From contig CM082587.2 of assembly GCA_040954595.2 (NCBI GenBank), positions 5,941,705-6,005,704 on the forward strand: a DNA stretch of 64,000 nt, written 5' to 3'. The position numbers and the translations under genes were made by a program. Below, piece by piece: positions 13,310 through 25,050 of this stretch (position 1 is its first letter; each line of letters opens with the position of its first letter). The notes under the pieces are model-generated. The model had not been told where the DNA came from. It saw nothing but the letters and a program-made list of their open reading frames with translations, and searched no databases. The stretch comes from Balanoglossus misakiensis (lineage: Eukaryota > Animalia > Hemichordata).

Positions 13310-13315
13310 TTTATT
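13310..13315 (-). terminator. Candidate NR5A polyadenylation signal (3'UTR about 1.95 kb)
   Basis: AATAAA on the minus strand, followed about 25-45 nt downstream by the GU-rich GTGTGTTCGTCGTTTCG. An earlier AATAAA near 14900 is an alternative. Confidence 0.4.
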
Positions 13316-15254
13316 AATTTTTTGGTGAAGACTGAAATTTCGGGAAATGTACATGAAAATTCACCCAGAAACTGACAAGCTCCAATGCACGTGAGGTATA
13401 CTTCGTATAGTAATGTTTTTCGTCATTGTTTTATAAGCTTTGAATTCTCATCTTCAAAACCTTTTTATAAAAAAAAATCCACTAACACCTCTGTGTTATA
13501 CTGAAGAAAACCTTGGAACTTCAAAAAAAACCACCGACCGCGCTGGAACCTCGTTTTTCTCCCTTTATACAGTGTGTGAAGCAGAAGCTATAATACAGGC
13601 ATTTTCTTCTCTCTCTCTCAAAGCTTTGTTTTCAAACTGCGGAAAAAGCTTCGAATGTACAGCAAGCGCGCGCTCTTACATTACAAGGTCAATACCAATC
13701 AACCAGGAAGCAACCTGGTATTTAAAACTCAGCTTTTCTGCATTTTTCATATAAAAATCTTCGCGTTCATTTTCAAGCTTTAGGCCCAACTCCAGCACGG
13801 TCGATCGGGGTGTTTCAATCTAAATCCTGACTGTATAAAGCCGATACACAACGAGGCATTCCTGTTAATATATAGGTGATAAGATACACTAGTACTCCCC
13901 TATAGTTAATCTGTACTCTTGTGGACATCTATTTCTCAAATCATTTTTGCACAAAAATTGACTTTTAGTTTCATTTATAGCCTTAGGCACAGCATAAAAA
14001 TACTATACTATAATACAAGAAATATGGAGACAATCATGCTTGTGAAATTTTCTTCTTATCTCAGTGTGAAAAAATATCCAGATTGGGGCAGTAATTCTTT
14101 GAAATCACCATGGGAACCTGGGAAATAATGCTTAGTGTGATCTTAAATCTACGTTTTTTTGTTTTGCCAAAAAAATTTGGTAAAGTAATACAGACATTAA
14201 TTCAACAGTACGGCACAGCGTATTGCACAAATGTCCATCAATGTGCGGAATACCCATGATGTTAAAAATCGTTTATCCTAATTTGTGTAAAAGTTGACAT
14301 TGAATTCTGGCAACAGAAAAAAAGGCAAATGTGAACAGTTGGGATTAAAACACATCGCGCGAGAATTTAGCGATTGGGGTAAGAATGCAAAAAGGGAAAA
14401 ATGCTGAGTGTACAATTTGAACGTGTCGATAACAATTCGAAATGCTGACTATTACTCTGGAATGCTACTACATACAAAATATTGGCAAAAGTTTTTTTTT
14501 ATGTAAGGGCAAGAAATTGTTTTGGTACTACAGTAACTGTTATGTACTTTGTAAAAAATATCTGTCCGACCGTTTCCCGCCATTGAAGAGTCTTGAAGTC
14601 TTTCAGGACTGTACTTTTGGCGGGATCAGGTGGATCTTAAACCTCTTTTTTTCTTCCCTGTACAGATCACTGAAGTGGGACTTGAGAACAAAACAAAAAA
14701 ACAAAAAAATAACAACTACATTTTAGGCTCTTCTGAAGAGATAACTTTTGCACACCAAACCAAATTTTCCTCTCTCCTCTGTCCGATACATGACTTTGAG
14801 TCTATTAGCATTCATGGTTGAACCACATACAACTATATATTTTTTCAAAAACATTGCTTGGTTTTGGCTATACTATACACAAATCTCGTCAACAGTGAGT
14901 TTATTTTGGTGACACGAGTCAACATTGACGGTAGTGGGCAAGAAATAACCTAATCTACCGTTTTTTTCTCTGGACAAGTTTTAGGAAACCCCAAGCCAAT
15001 TGTCCACAAGTTTTTTTGTTATACTTTAATATCACCTGCATATTTTTTTTCTCATGTCACCATCAAGGTACTGCACAACCGACAATCACGATGGCTTGCA
15101 GCCAACAGAGATCGCACATGCTCTGTCCTGTTTTCTTCCCTTTTTTTCAAATTAAAGGGACATCTCTCAGGCATCTTTTCAGGCCACTGGAAGTCCACGT
15201 TTTCCTATGCAATTACAAAAGTCCACTACAAGTGCACGACCACCGGAATGGGCT

Positions 15255-15502
15255 CTACTTCCTTTTGCTGTGGAGCATCTCCATTAGTAGACTGTTGTAC
15301 GGTACCTCGCCACTTAGATGTTTGTAGTACAGGTAGTCCTCGCCCTGTAGGCTGACTTGGCGGATTTCGGGCAGCCTCAGCAGGAGCTGGCCGAACTTCT
15401 CCGTCACCTCTGGGTAGTTGGAGATGGTGTAGTCGAGCATGGCCGCGTGGATCTGCTCCTGGTGCCCCCGAATGATGTGGGTATCCTGAACGCCCGGGAT
15501 GT
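15255..15502 (-). CDS. NR5A2: NR5A last coding exon (LBD end, AF-2, stop)
   Basis: Acceptor ttttgtcctcctttag|AC; 248 nt; DIPGVQDTH...[13 protein letters not shown]...[11 protein letters not shown]-stop. Confidence 0.96.
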
Positions 15503-17736
15503 CTAAAGGAGGACAAAAAACAAAGATGGCGGCCATTGGTGAAATGAACAACTAATCATGCCTTGCGATGTAGGCCAGGTCCAGGTCCCGCCGTTCACAC
15601 AAAGATCAAGGCGACCTAATTTCTGCACCCCTTCAATATCCACCACGGATCCCAGCGGTCAGAACGTGTCTAAGTCCTATTCCTGGCCGATCAAATCATG
15701 CATATACTTAATGGCGAATTTCGAAAGCTTTGTTTTGTGTTTTGAGACCGCTGCTCTCCTCCATTCAATCACCAACACACAATGTCACCATTATCACACA
15801 GTGCCCTATATATCCAATCTATATAGACCACATTCAAGGCGCCCCCTTTGTCTTTTTGTTGTATCAACGGCCATAAAGAGCTATGCTGGGTGGGGAGAAA
15901 AAACGCCCGCCTTTTTTTGGCTTAACTGTCGTGCAGACCAAGCTTTGTGGCGGGCCAAAATATGAGAACCCAATACTACCGCCTGAATTCGAAAAACGTG
16001 GCCTATCATCTGGTAGGCGAGTTATATTTTGAGGAGTGACTAATATGCTTACCGGGGTTCAGCAGGAGTAGATATTTCAGGCACATGAACTCTGTTCTGT
16101 CCACTTTCAACTCCCTCATACGCTTGACGATTTCCGCCATGCGGTCGATGACGTCGCCCAGTCCGTACATGCGGAGCTTGGCCAGGTCCACAGTCTCTCC
16201 AGTGACGAGGACCATGCTCTCCGTCATGGTCTCCACCTGTCGGTAGCACTGGTCAATGACCAGCAGCTCACTCCACGCGTTCTGTAAAAGCTTCATTTGG
16301 TCTTCAACCTGAATTCGACACGATGATATAAGGGAGGAAGGGTGAGCAATCTGTTGAACGCTCTAGTATATTTCTACTTGATTCGGGGGGATTTTAAACT
16401 CAATGATCATACGTGGATAGCTCTAGTGATCTGGCAATCGTCTGGAATATAATAACTACCGATACTCGAGAGAGTGGCTCACCTTGAGATCTTTGAAAAA
16501 CATACTGTTCCTCGCCCAGTCAACAAAGGCAAACAACGTTTGGTCTGCCAACTTGCATGCCATACTAAAATAGTCCGTGGGTCCGTTCATGTTAAGTTGG
16601 CTCTGAAGGCAGGATTGGATCTTGGCTTGCAGTTGTTTCTGGTCCGGCTCCGACCTGAGCATTTCCGCGATGAGCCTGGGCGTTGCATCGGGCTCCGTTT
16701 TGATGGGCGGCGGCACGTTGGGGTCCGAGTACACCGACTTGAGCTCGGCACTGTGCGAGGCCATGGTGCTGACGGGGTGCGAGGTCATCCCGTTGACGGC
16801 GTTGTAACTGTACGGTGGGATGGACGTCACCGGCCTGGGGATGTCGGACAGTATGGGCTTGGCCAGGTTGGAGGGTTCGCGTATGATGAGCGCCGGCTGG
16901 GGGACCATCGGCGACGGCGTCGAGTTCTTGGCGGCGGCGGCAGCCTGGATGTTGCGTATGGCGTTGGAAATGTCCGGGTTCCCTGGCAGTCCAGTGGGCC
17001 TGGTGGACGCTATCAGCCTGTTCCGCTGCTGCTGCTTGATCGCCCTGTCGCGTTTGTACATGGGCCCGAATTTGTTCCTTCCTCCCCTCATCCTGTCCGG
17101 CCTGACAGCTATCGATTAAAAATAAAGACGGACGCACACATTACAATCTGCATTCGGTTATTGCAACATATGTGTGGTTCCTGGTTCGTATTTGAACACC
17201 ACATGTTTGCAGGGTACGTCCATATCTGTTGCACAGCAAACAAGAGGCGCGGTGTGGGGGAAACAACCGATCGCTTGTATAAACCCATTCAAAACTTGCC
17301 TACAATGTCAAAAGACTGCAATGGTCGGCAGAATACTGTTTGCTAAAAAAACCTGATTCATTCTAACGAGAGCAGAGCTCCGCGTTTCAGAGCGCCGGGC
17401 GTTACCCCTGGAAGATCCACCGCAGAATAAAAAGAACAGGGCACCCAGAAATGGGCTTTTATGACCAACTGACCTACCTTCTAGTTTCATTCCGACTTTC
17501 AAGCATTTCTGGAACCTGCAGTAAGGGCACCTCTTCCTCTGGGTTTTGTCGATCATGCAGTTCCGGTTCTCGATACACGTGTAAACTTTCTTGTTCTGAA
17601 CTGTCCGTTTGAAAAAGCCTTTACAGCTTTCACAGGTCAGGAGGCCGTAGTGGTACCCGGAGACCTTGTCCCCACAGACGGGACACGCTTCGTCGAAGGC
17701 CGCCTTCAGCTCTTCGTTTTCGAAGGAGAAATCCAT
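15255..17736 (-). CDS. NR5A2: Nuclear receptor NR5A (Ftz-F1/SF-1/LRH-1 family). Spliced CDS join(17736-17478,17108-16483,16308-16053,15502-15255) = 462 aa from the internal ATG; longer N-termini possible via upstream exons
   Basis: C4 zinc fingers [30 protein letters not shown] (P-box ESCKG), Ftz-F1 box [41 protein letters not shown]...[14 protein letters not shown], and AF-2 [14 protein letters not shown]. All introns are GT-AG with consistent phases (1,0,1). Likely pro-ortholog of NR5A1 and NR5A2. Confidence 0.97.
16053..16308 (-). CDS. NR5A2: NR5A LBD exon
   Basis: cag|GTT GAA GAC CAA ATG ... AAC CCC G|gtaag; 256 nt; [16 protein letters not shown]...[13 protein letters not shown]. Confidence 0.96.
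16483..17108 (-). CDS. NR5A2: NR5A Ftz-F1 box, hinge and LBD-start exon
   Basis: gatag|CT GTC AGG ... CTC AAG|gtgag; 626 nt. Confidence 0.96.
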
Positions 17737-17750
17737 CTTCAAAGTCGGAG
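17478..17750 (-). CDS. NR5A2: NR5A DNA-binding-domain exon (both zinc fingers; internal ATG at 17736)
   Basis: ctctatacag|CT CCG ACT TTG AAG ATG ... CTA GAA G|gtagg; 273 nt, phase 1 to phase 1. MDFSF resembles the SF-1 start MDYSY. Confidence 0.96.
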
Positions 17751-17776
17751 CTGTATAGAGAGAAGACAAAAAAAAT

Positions 17777-20541
17777 TAAAGCTGCAAGCAGCGTTGAAGG
17801 GGCCCAAGCATAGAGTTAATAACCATTAGACTCCATTCAGGGCTGTACCATTCAAATGCGTAGGCTGTATTTGCTCTGGATGTGGAGATATGGGGAAGTA
17901 GGCAACCACCCGAAATGGATGTCTTACAAATACAAACACCACAACCAAAAGTGAACTTCTACGTTGAAAGTACTTCAGTTACTTCAAAGGTCAGCTGAGG
18001 GTATCCAAAAATTGGGCCAAAAATTAGGATTCTTATTTGGTTCATATTCAAGACAACGGAAAATCCTCGCTGTTTGGGTTTGTCAAATTAGATATGGCCA
18101 TAATAATGAGTTACGCAAGTAAGTTACAGGTAGCCCCTAAAATTTAGCATTTCATGACGCAGAGGGTCCTACCCTACCCCTCCAAACACCTGGCTTTACA
18201 TGATGTGCATGCTAACATATGGAAAGCAGGTCAATGGACACCTGATGTCACCCAAAAATTTGACAAAAAATGTTCATTCCTGTTTATGTCATGTGCAACA
18301 AATCCTACATTTGCAGCCCTTTCACTTTGCCTACAATTAGGTATGCACGTAATACATGAATCAAGCAGGTGTCGCAGGTATCCCCCTGTATTTGGCATTT
18401 CATGATAGTTTCGCTCCGAATACCAAAGCTGCACTTGTACAACGGGCTGAGATATGGCACTGTACGACAGAGGTCATCCAAATCAACTTATACATTTGGG
18501 CAAAAACAAACTGACACTTATATTCGTCCCTGTGGAACAAAAACCACACCTATTGCCCTGTTGGTTAGTGTCCAATTAAATGTACAAAATCAATGACTTA
18601 GGCAGGTGCAACAGGTGACCCCGCCTTTGGTATATCTTTATGGTCCCATCCGTATATGCCCCCCCCCCCCCCCACGCCAAAGCCGCATGCATCTGCTGTG
18701 GATGCTCACTAAGCAAAAGTAGGTGAAATGTCACATAAGATCGCCCATAAGGCTGCATTCACAAACACCTCTTGAGGGGGGGGGGGGTATTCAATTTTTT
18801 TACCGCTAATTTTCACATGCCCCCCGTACACAACCCGAAAAATTTCAAATCCCCCCCTTCCGAACTGCCAAAATTTTGAAATCCCCCCCTCCCCATTTTC
18901 TTTCACAGAGCAAAACAGATCACCTAGTATCTATCTTGTAAAAAAAGAAAAACAGCGCTCCCATTTTTTAAGTATTTGTATCCTGTGTTGGGAGACATTG
19001 TAAACCGAGAATTGAAGGGGGTGGATTTGGGAGCGTGTGCACGTAAGAAAATTTTATAAAATACAGAGCTCAAAGCTGCATTTTAATGAACCCGGCAAAG
19101 GCAAGTTAACTCAACTACCGGTAAGTTGGGGAGGACAAATTTAACCGTCGACGCTCAGAGTTATCATGGGGTTGGGGCAAGTCCCCAAACCTGGGACACT
19201 AGATAAACCAATCAATGATTGAAAGGTGTTGATGAATGGAGGGGGTGGGTGTGGGAGGGGGTGTCCCCCTCCCCATTAGAAAATTTTGTAAAATAAAGGG
19301 CGCGAAACTGCATTTTTGTGGACTCAAAATAAATATTTAGTCGTCAAAGTTTTCAAGTCCCCCCCCCCTTTCAGTCCCTAAATTAGTTCAAATCCCCCCC
19401 TTACATACCCTCAATTTTTTCAAATCCCCCCCTCAATTCTCCTGCCCCCCCCCCTCCTGAGGATTTTGTGAATGCAGCCTAACTTGACAGGAAAATCGGA
19501 CTTCATATTGATCCATTTGCAACAAATACCACACTAGCATCCCTTTCATTGACCCCACAATTACGCATGCTCATAATTGAGTTACGCAGGTGTCACAGGT
19601 GACCCCCGAATCGGGCGTATTATTTTGGTCCCATACAGCTGCATGAAGCTGCGTGCCACTACGGGCGACCTGATAACCCCCACGGCCACCTGCGGGCCGA
19701 ACCCCATACTGAACGTTCAGTTGCAACGTCACGACTGAAGTAGGAAGTGTTGAACGGCAAAGAAGCCTGATCTCTGATTATTGCTGGTACCATACTCCCT
19801 TCGTGCAAGAAAATCATTGGTCTGCTAACGTATTTCGGCCACATTAGCGACTGAGGGTCAAAGTCCGCTGCCGCATTACATTGAATGTTAACCAGTGTAG
19901 CCGGGTCTAGATAGAAACATTTGAACGGCAACAGCTAACAAACTCAGCGTAATTCAATAAAACGCCCTAACACAGCCTGAACTCCGATAATGTGTTATCC
20001 CAAAATTCATTCCGTGGAAAATAATCACTGGTCTGTTTACGTATTTCAGCCGATTTTCCAAGGACTACTGCAACCCGCCAGAAGTGAGTAGCGTGCTAAT
20101 GAGATCTCCACAACATTACGTAATGACGGTCAAAGTCCGATGCCCCAGTGTCCGTCCTCAGCCCACCAAAAATGCGAAAAATATTACAAAAATCTTCTTC
20201 TCAAAATCGACGTGGCCTAGGACCTTGAAATTTGGCACAGGGGATTTTGGCCACATGGTCTACAAAAATCGCGAAAAGAATGTACATTCCCCCATTAACG
20301 TGCAAATTAGGTCAATTTGAAAATTTCGCTCGATTATAGCCACCAAGTCACGTGACTAATTACAAATTCAAAGGGCAGGTGCACTAGTACTCATGGGCCC
20401 CAATCATCGTGCCAAACTTCATAGGCGCAGGTGCCGGAATTTCAGAGAAAAACGGGAGCAAAAAAACGACTCAAGAAGAAAGAAGAAAAACTCCAGCAAT
20501 AACAGAAGGGGACCAAGCGCCTGAGGGCGCTTGGTCCCCTA
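17777..20541 (+). mobile_element. Non-autonomous Helentron-like (HINE/DINE-type) element, about 2.8 kb, in an NR5A intron
   Basis: The 5' end TAAAGCTGCAAGCAGCGTTGAAGGGGCCCAAGC carries a copy of the 3' stem sequence. The 3' end has an AAG-rich tract, then a perfect 15-bp stem AGGGGACCAAGCGCC-tgag-GGCGCTTGGTCCCCT (20507-20540) and A-rich flank. Degenerate internal repeats (GCAGGTGTC.CAGGT..CCCC) are present. Confidence 0.65.
18751..19479. mobile_element. PIF/Harbinger-type (Tourist-like) MITE nested in the Helentron-like element
   Basis: 15-bp TIR GGCTGCATTCACAAA / TTTGTGAATGCAGCC with subterminal G/C runs; TAA TSD at 18748-18750 and 19480-19482. Confidence 0.88.
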
Positions 20542-22598
20542 AATACACATCTCTGTAAGTTTTACGGCCTGGTCATGCTGTGTAATGTCTGTACGCCGTA
20601 CCCAGGTCCGGGGAAGACATGGCTGAACAAATAGTCCAGTCCCGCACCACTGGTCTCCACTGCACGACTGTCGGGGTTTAAGAGCACACACCCCCTTCCC
20701 CTCTCCCCCCCCCCCGGTGCCAAGTACTGCAACTTCCTGCGAGCAGACTGCCCGCATGACGCAGATAAAACTGACCCGTGATCCGACGTGAGGCCAGGGG
20801 GGTGGAAATGGCCATATTTGTTGTCAGCCGAATAACAAACAAAAAACGGAACCCGCCTCTTGTGCAGCGACAAAAAAAACCGGATTGACTCATCACGCGG
20901 ACATATTAAAACACAACAACAAGATACGACCGTTAGCGCTCACATCCTGCTTTGACATACTGAGGCGTTTAAAACAATGCACCACAACTGACCAAAATGG
21001 AACCGATCCAAGCGGGCCTGAAAAGATCGACGACGGGTCAAACCCCTCGCTTTATTGTGGAGCAGCGAGTCGGTAATTCGGGCGTCTACCTGGATCCAGC
21101 TTACAGCACCACCGGCTGGCGATGGCGTGATGAGATATGCGCTCAGTCTGTTGCCCTATAGGCTATACAAAGCTATAGAAAATTAAATCGCCTGTCCGCA
21201 GTCGTTACGTAATACCGTCTGCTGACAACGCATTCGGTCAGTTTTAATACTTGTCTGTCTTTCTCCCCCTTCTGTATTTCGCACAATCGAAACTCAACGC
21301 AAGCATGTCTCGACTTGTAATCAGAACAAAATTATCACAACCAAACCAGTCGGCAGTTTTGCCCTCCCCATTCATATATGCATATATTGTGCGAATTCGC
21401 GGAATAAGTGACAGACTGGTTTAATAGCGCTGGTGTATGGACATTGTCTATATCTTCCGCTAATTTGAATATAACGTAACGTTTCGAGAATGGTCTGCTG
21501 TTATGCAACAACAAAAAACCCCGACTTACAATAAAACTGGTCGTACGTCACCGAGCAGATAGAACGTGACCGCAGTCATGTATTTGATTGATATACATGT
21601 ACACACAACACCCCTGGAACCCGAAGATCTCGACAAGAAGTCATCATGTTGACAGGGCCTAACTATTCATTACTATAACATGGGCCCGACTTGACCGTGG
21701 AGTTTTTCCTTGCGAAAGACGGCGAGGTGAATTTCACTTTGAGGTTGACACGACTTCATCATGAATGATATCAACACCCCAAGTTCAATGGCCATTGCGC
21801 TTGTATTCAGTTACATGCACTTTTTTTAAGTGACACACTGCACTCTGGAAATTCATTGACTGACACTCCACTGTATCGTGATATTTCAGCGGGTCTGGCG
21901 CAGTTGACAAAGTAAATTCAGCGCAATATGTGTTTACTTCATAGTGCAACGCCCTATCGCTGACATAATTACATATTACCGAGCTACAAACACACACGCT
22001 GCCACTATCGCGGGGAACGGCGCTACGCCATTGGCCTACAGCCTAGATTGCCAAGCCTGGCGCAACAATAGAGTTGGCACCGTGTCGTACACACACCCTC
22101 CCTCGTTGGCCTACTACATGTACACGCTCGGCACGATAAGCCACTACTATCCGCTGCCCAAGTCGGGGCCTGCAAAGTCAAGCCAGAACGTCGACTAGTA
22201 CGTGACAGGAGAACTTTGTTCGACTCCACGCGTCCGCGCGTGTTTGGGAGGGCGACGCCGGACGCGTGTCAAGCCCACCCCGAGTCATGATCAAGTACAA
22301 CGGCGACGATACGTCGGAGTTGGCGCCGGTCGCGTTGTTGCCTGTTACTGTTAACCATAGTTTACAACACACCGAGAAGCATTTTCATAATTTATTTACT
22401 GGCAATGCACACAGAAAAACACACGGTCAAAACAAAGCAGTTTTTCCGCTTAACACCGAGTGGGTCGATTGTTTGCTTTGCAACAGTTAACGGCGTCGAC
22501 GCAACCAATTATCGTTTTTGTAAAAAAAAGTGTAGCGAAATGTTGATCATGTTTGATTAAGCGCGCGGCCGCTCTAACGTTAAACTGGACACTATTAC

Positions 22599-22653
22599 CT
22601 TGACCTGAGGGGGTCTCCTCTGTAGAAGCGGGCTCCTTGGCTTGGGTCGACAT
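22599..22653 (-). CDS. NR5A2: Candidate NR5A alternative first coding exon (proximal), MSTQAKEPASTEETPSGQ; gives 485 aa
   Basis: gcggcgATG start; 55 nt ending CAAG|gtaata. Phase 1 matches the acceptor at 17750. A TATAAAG lies upstream at about 22789-22795. Confidence 0.6.
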
Positions 22654-23868
22654 CGCCGCTCCGACAGTGTTCCGACACTTAAATGAAATTCTGATTTTTT
22701 GCGCAGTAGAATGCAGACAATCCTAAACCACGATTTCACGATGCGTAACAGCGAAGCAAAAACCTGTGCAACGTTATGACCTGGTTTACTTTATAAGCAA
22801 ACTCACATATACACTGCCGTACAACGTATACGAAAGCATCATCGCTCAAAAAATTGAGTACGTGAGAAGACCCGACTTTGTGCGCAGTCGTAGACATTCT
22901 ATTAAAAATTAAGTAGATGCAAATCTTATCTAAATAATCTCAACGGGTCACAGTTATGGGTAAATGGATTCTACCGACCCCGTGGTTGGCTGGCTGGCTC
23001 TCAAAAGAGGGCTTGATGTCGGCTGTAAGCCAATCAGGTTTTACCTCTGTCAGGGCGCGGAGACATATCTAACGTGCTACGCAACGGGGTCACACTCACA
23101 AGTTTGCACATGCGTCACTCGAACAGCTGATGTGCGGAGTTGTAAACACACTGTTCGCAGGAAAACAGTTTACGTATGCGAACGCGGAACTTCCTAATCA
23201 CATTACGCAAATGGTACGGACGCAACGATAAATCGCTACACGTGACAGTCGCCAATGTTTACCGGCGCGCCTGCCAATCCATTTGTAGTAAAGACGCGTT
23301 AAAACCGCAACAAAGTTGCCGAACGCACATCAGGTGGCCCATAATCGAAAACGGAGACCATTTCAACAAAAACATCGCCGCCTACCGAAGACACTATAGA
23401 TGATTACCCAGGCCACACACCACGTGAGCAGAACACCGCGCCGAATTCCAATGTATACATAAAAAAATGTTAAACATGCGTGAAAGCTGTATGAAAATAA
23501 CTGACTATAATTTTTTTGACGAATGTCCCTACCTCTGTATGATGACGGGAATCTATATTTTAAGTCGACAAAGTCATATATATATATAATATATATAAGC
23601 AATCATGATATATATTAAATATAAGCAATCATGATATATATATTGTTGATTGCGTAACATATTTAAGTTAAAAAGACGACTTCGTTTCAAGACTGCAAAG
23701 TTTTTAACATTAGCGGAACTTGCAACACACCCTATATACAATCATGTAATTATATACCCCACTGACACCTATTTGAACCCTACGCAGCCTCACTGTCAAG
23801 AAGTGAGTTAACTTTTTTCATTGACCTGCAATGGATAAAAAAGTTAAAGAAAAAAATTAAATGCTTAC

Positions 23869-23959
23869 AGTCGTACTCGCTCTGGATGTTCTCGAGTGAA
23901 AACTCACTCCACTGATCTTCCGGCCCGAGGAACAGGAGATCTACGGCGTCGGGACGCAT
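23869..23959 (-). CDS. NR5A2: Candidate NR5A alternative first coding exon (distal), MRPDAVDLLFLGPEDQWSEFSLENIQSEYD; gives 497 aa
   Basis: 91-nt open frame from ATG to GAC T|gtaagc. Phase 1 matches the acceptor at 17750. It lies about 130 nt downstream of a TATA/Inr promoter. Confidence 0.65.
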
Positions 23960-24084
23960 TTGCCGAGAGTGAACGGGTCGACCGGGAGGGTCGCGTGAAC
24001 CAATCGAGTATACAAAAGTACTGCGGTACTAAACGCTATGTAACGTATGCCACTGTACGTGCGGTGGGTGTGTTTTGCTTTTCT

Positions 24085-24200
24085 GAATGAACCTATTAAA
24101 TTAGCGGCGTTGTTTTATATCGGCAAAAGGAGACGTGAGAATTGGGTTGCGTTGCGCATGCGCGCGAGATTGTTTTCCTCTCACACATGACGTCACATGA
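24085..24200 (-). promoter_or_regulatory. Core promoter of NR5A (distal): Inr, TATA, CCAAT, NRF1-like site, CRE/E-box
   Basis: Inr TCATTC with A at 24088; TATAAAA at 24119-24113 (-31); CCAAT at 24145-24141; TGCGCATGCGC at 24153-24163; TGACGTCA at 24188-24195 overlapping GTCACATGA at 24192-24200. Confidence 0.7.
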
Positions 24201-24749
24201 TGATGCGACGAGTGAGTTGTTTTCCTGTGTTCGGCTCGGCTCAGTACGTGTTACGCTTAAGCTATCGGAATGCCTCCCTACCTTATTTGCATGAAAATCA
24301 CAAACATCAGCAAATATTTATTTCACGTTAATGCCCCCAAGTGGACAGAAAAGTCAATAAAATTGGGAAAAATGCAATCAGGTACCAACACACCACCGGA
24401 AATAACGATATGCCTATCGATTGTGTACAATAGTTAGCATATACTTGTTTTATTTACGCCCCTTTTTTAACATGTTTTTTTTTTTCATTTTCATCATACT
24501 TAAACTAAACATTTATTAAATTGTGTAATAAACTTAACAAAAATTATTAAGTTGTTGAGTAAAATGTATATCTCAATACCGCTGGCGTATTTGTAATTTT
24601 TTTCGATATGATGTTTCCGACGATTGATACAGGAACGTCACGTTCACCCCACAGGTAAAATGGGAGCCGGGGGGGGGGGGGGGTTCACATTCATTTTTTA
24701 TAACGCTCTCAGGATTTTCGTTCACTTCTGTGGCTTTCCTAGTTTTATG

Positions 24750-25050
24750 ACTAATCTGGCACAAATCAGAACCGACATTGCCCACTTTCGATGATGAATA
24801 ACCCGTCTTCGTCAAAACGCGGGTTGCAGCGGTCGTCGACACAGTTCTGAAGACACCGGAAGCGGTCTCCGCTCCGAACACGTTCGCCGCTTAAATTTTC
24901 CGCTGAACGGTGCGCGCGAGTCAGATCGCTTTCGGTCACGTTGACCTTTTGTGCGATATTGAGAATGTTATGCCTGCAAGCGGAATTCTCCCCCACTTTG
25001 TATAATAGTACATGTGTTTCATTTATGATATTCGAGAATTTGGAAGCCGA
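24750..25050 (-). pseudogene. Possible decayed Crypton-type tyrosine-recombinase fragment
   Basis: KVGENS...ILNIAQKVNV...AHRS and, in another frame, TTAATRVL resemble P.G.N.L...I...AG....TNHS.RATAATRL; frameshifted. Confidence 0.25.

Noticed and set aside
16474-17346. 290-aa plus-strand ORF and other ORFs overlapping NR5A or NR6A1 exons
   Set aside because: Antisense or alternate-frame shadows of GC3-rich exons; no recognisable domain.
21085-21180. Further NR5A upstream exon with donor CAG|GTAGAC
   Set aside because: No in-frame ATG, acceptor or promoter support; possibly non-coding but unsupported.
23590-23645. Approximately 28-bp AT-rich tandem duplication in NR5A intron 1
   Set aside because: Ordinary slippage product among TA runs.
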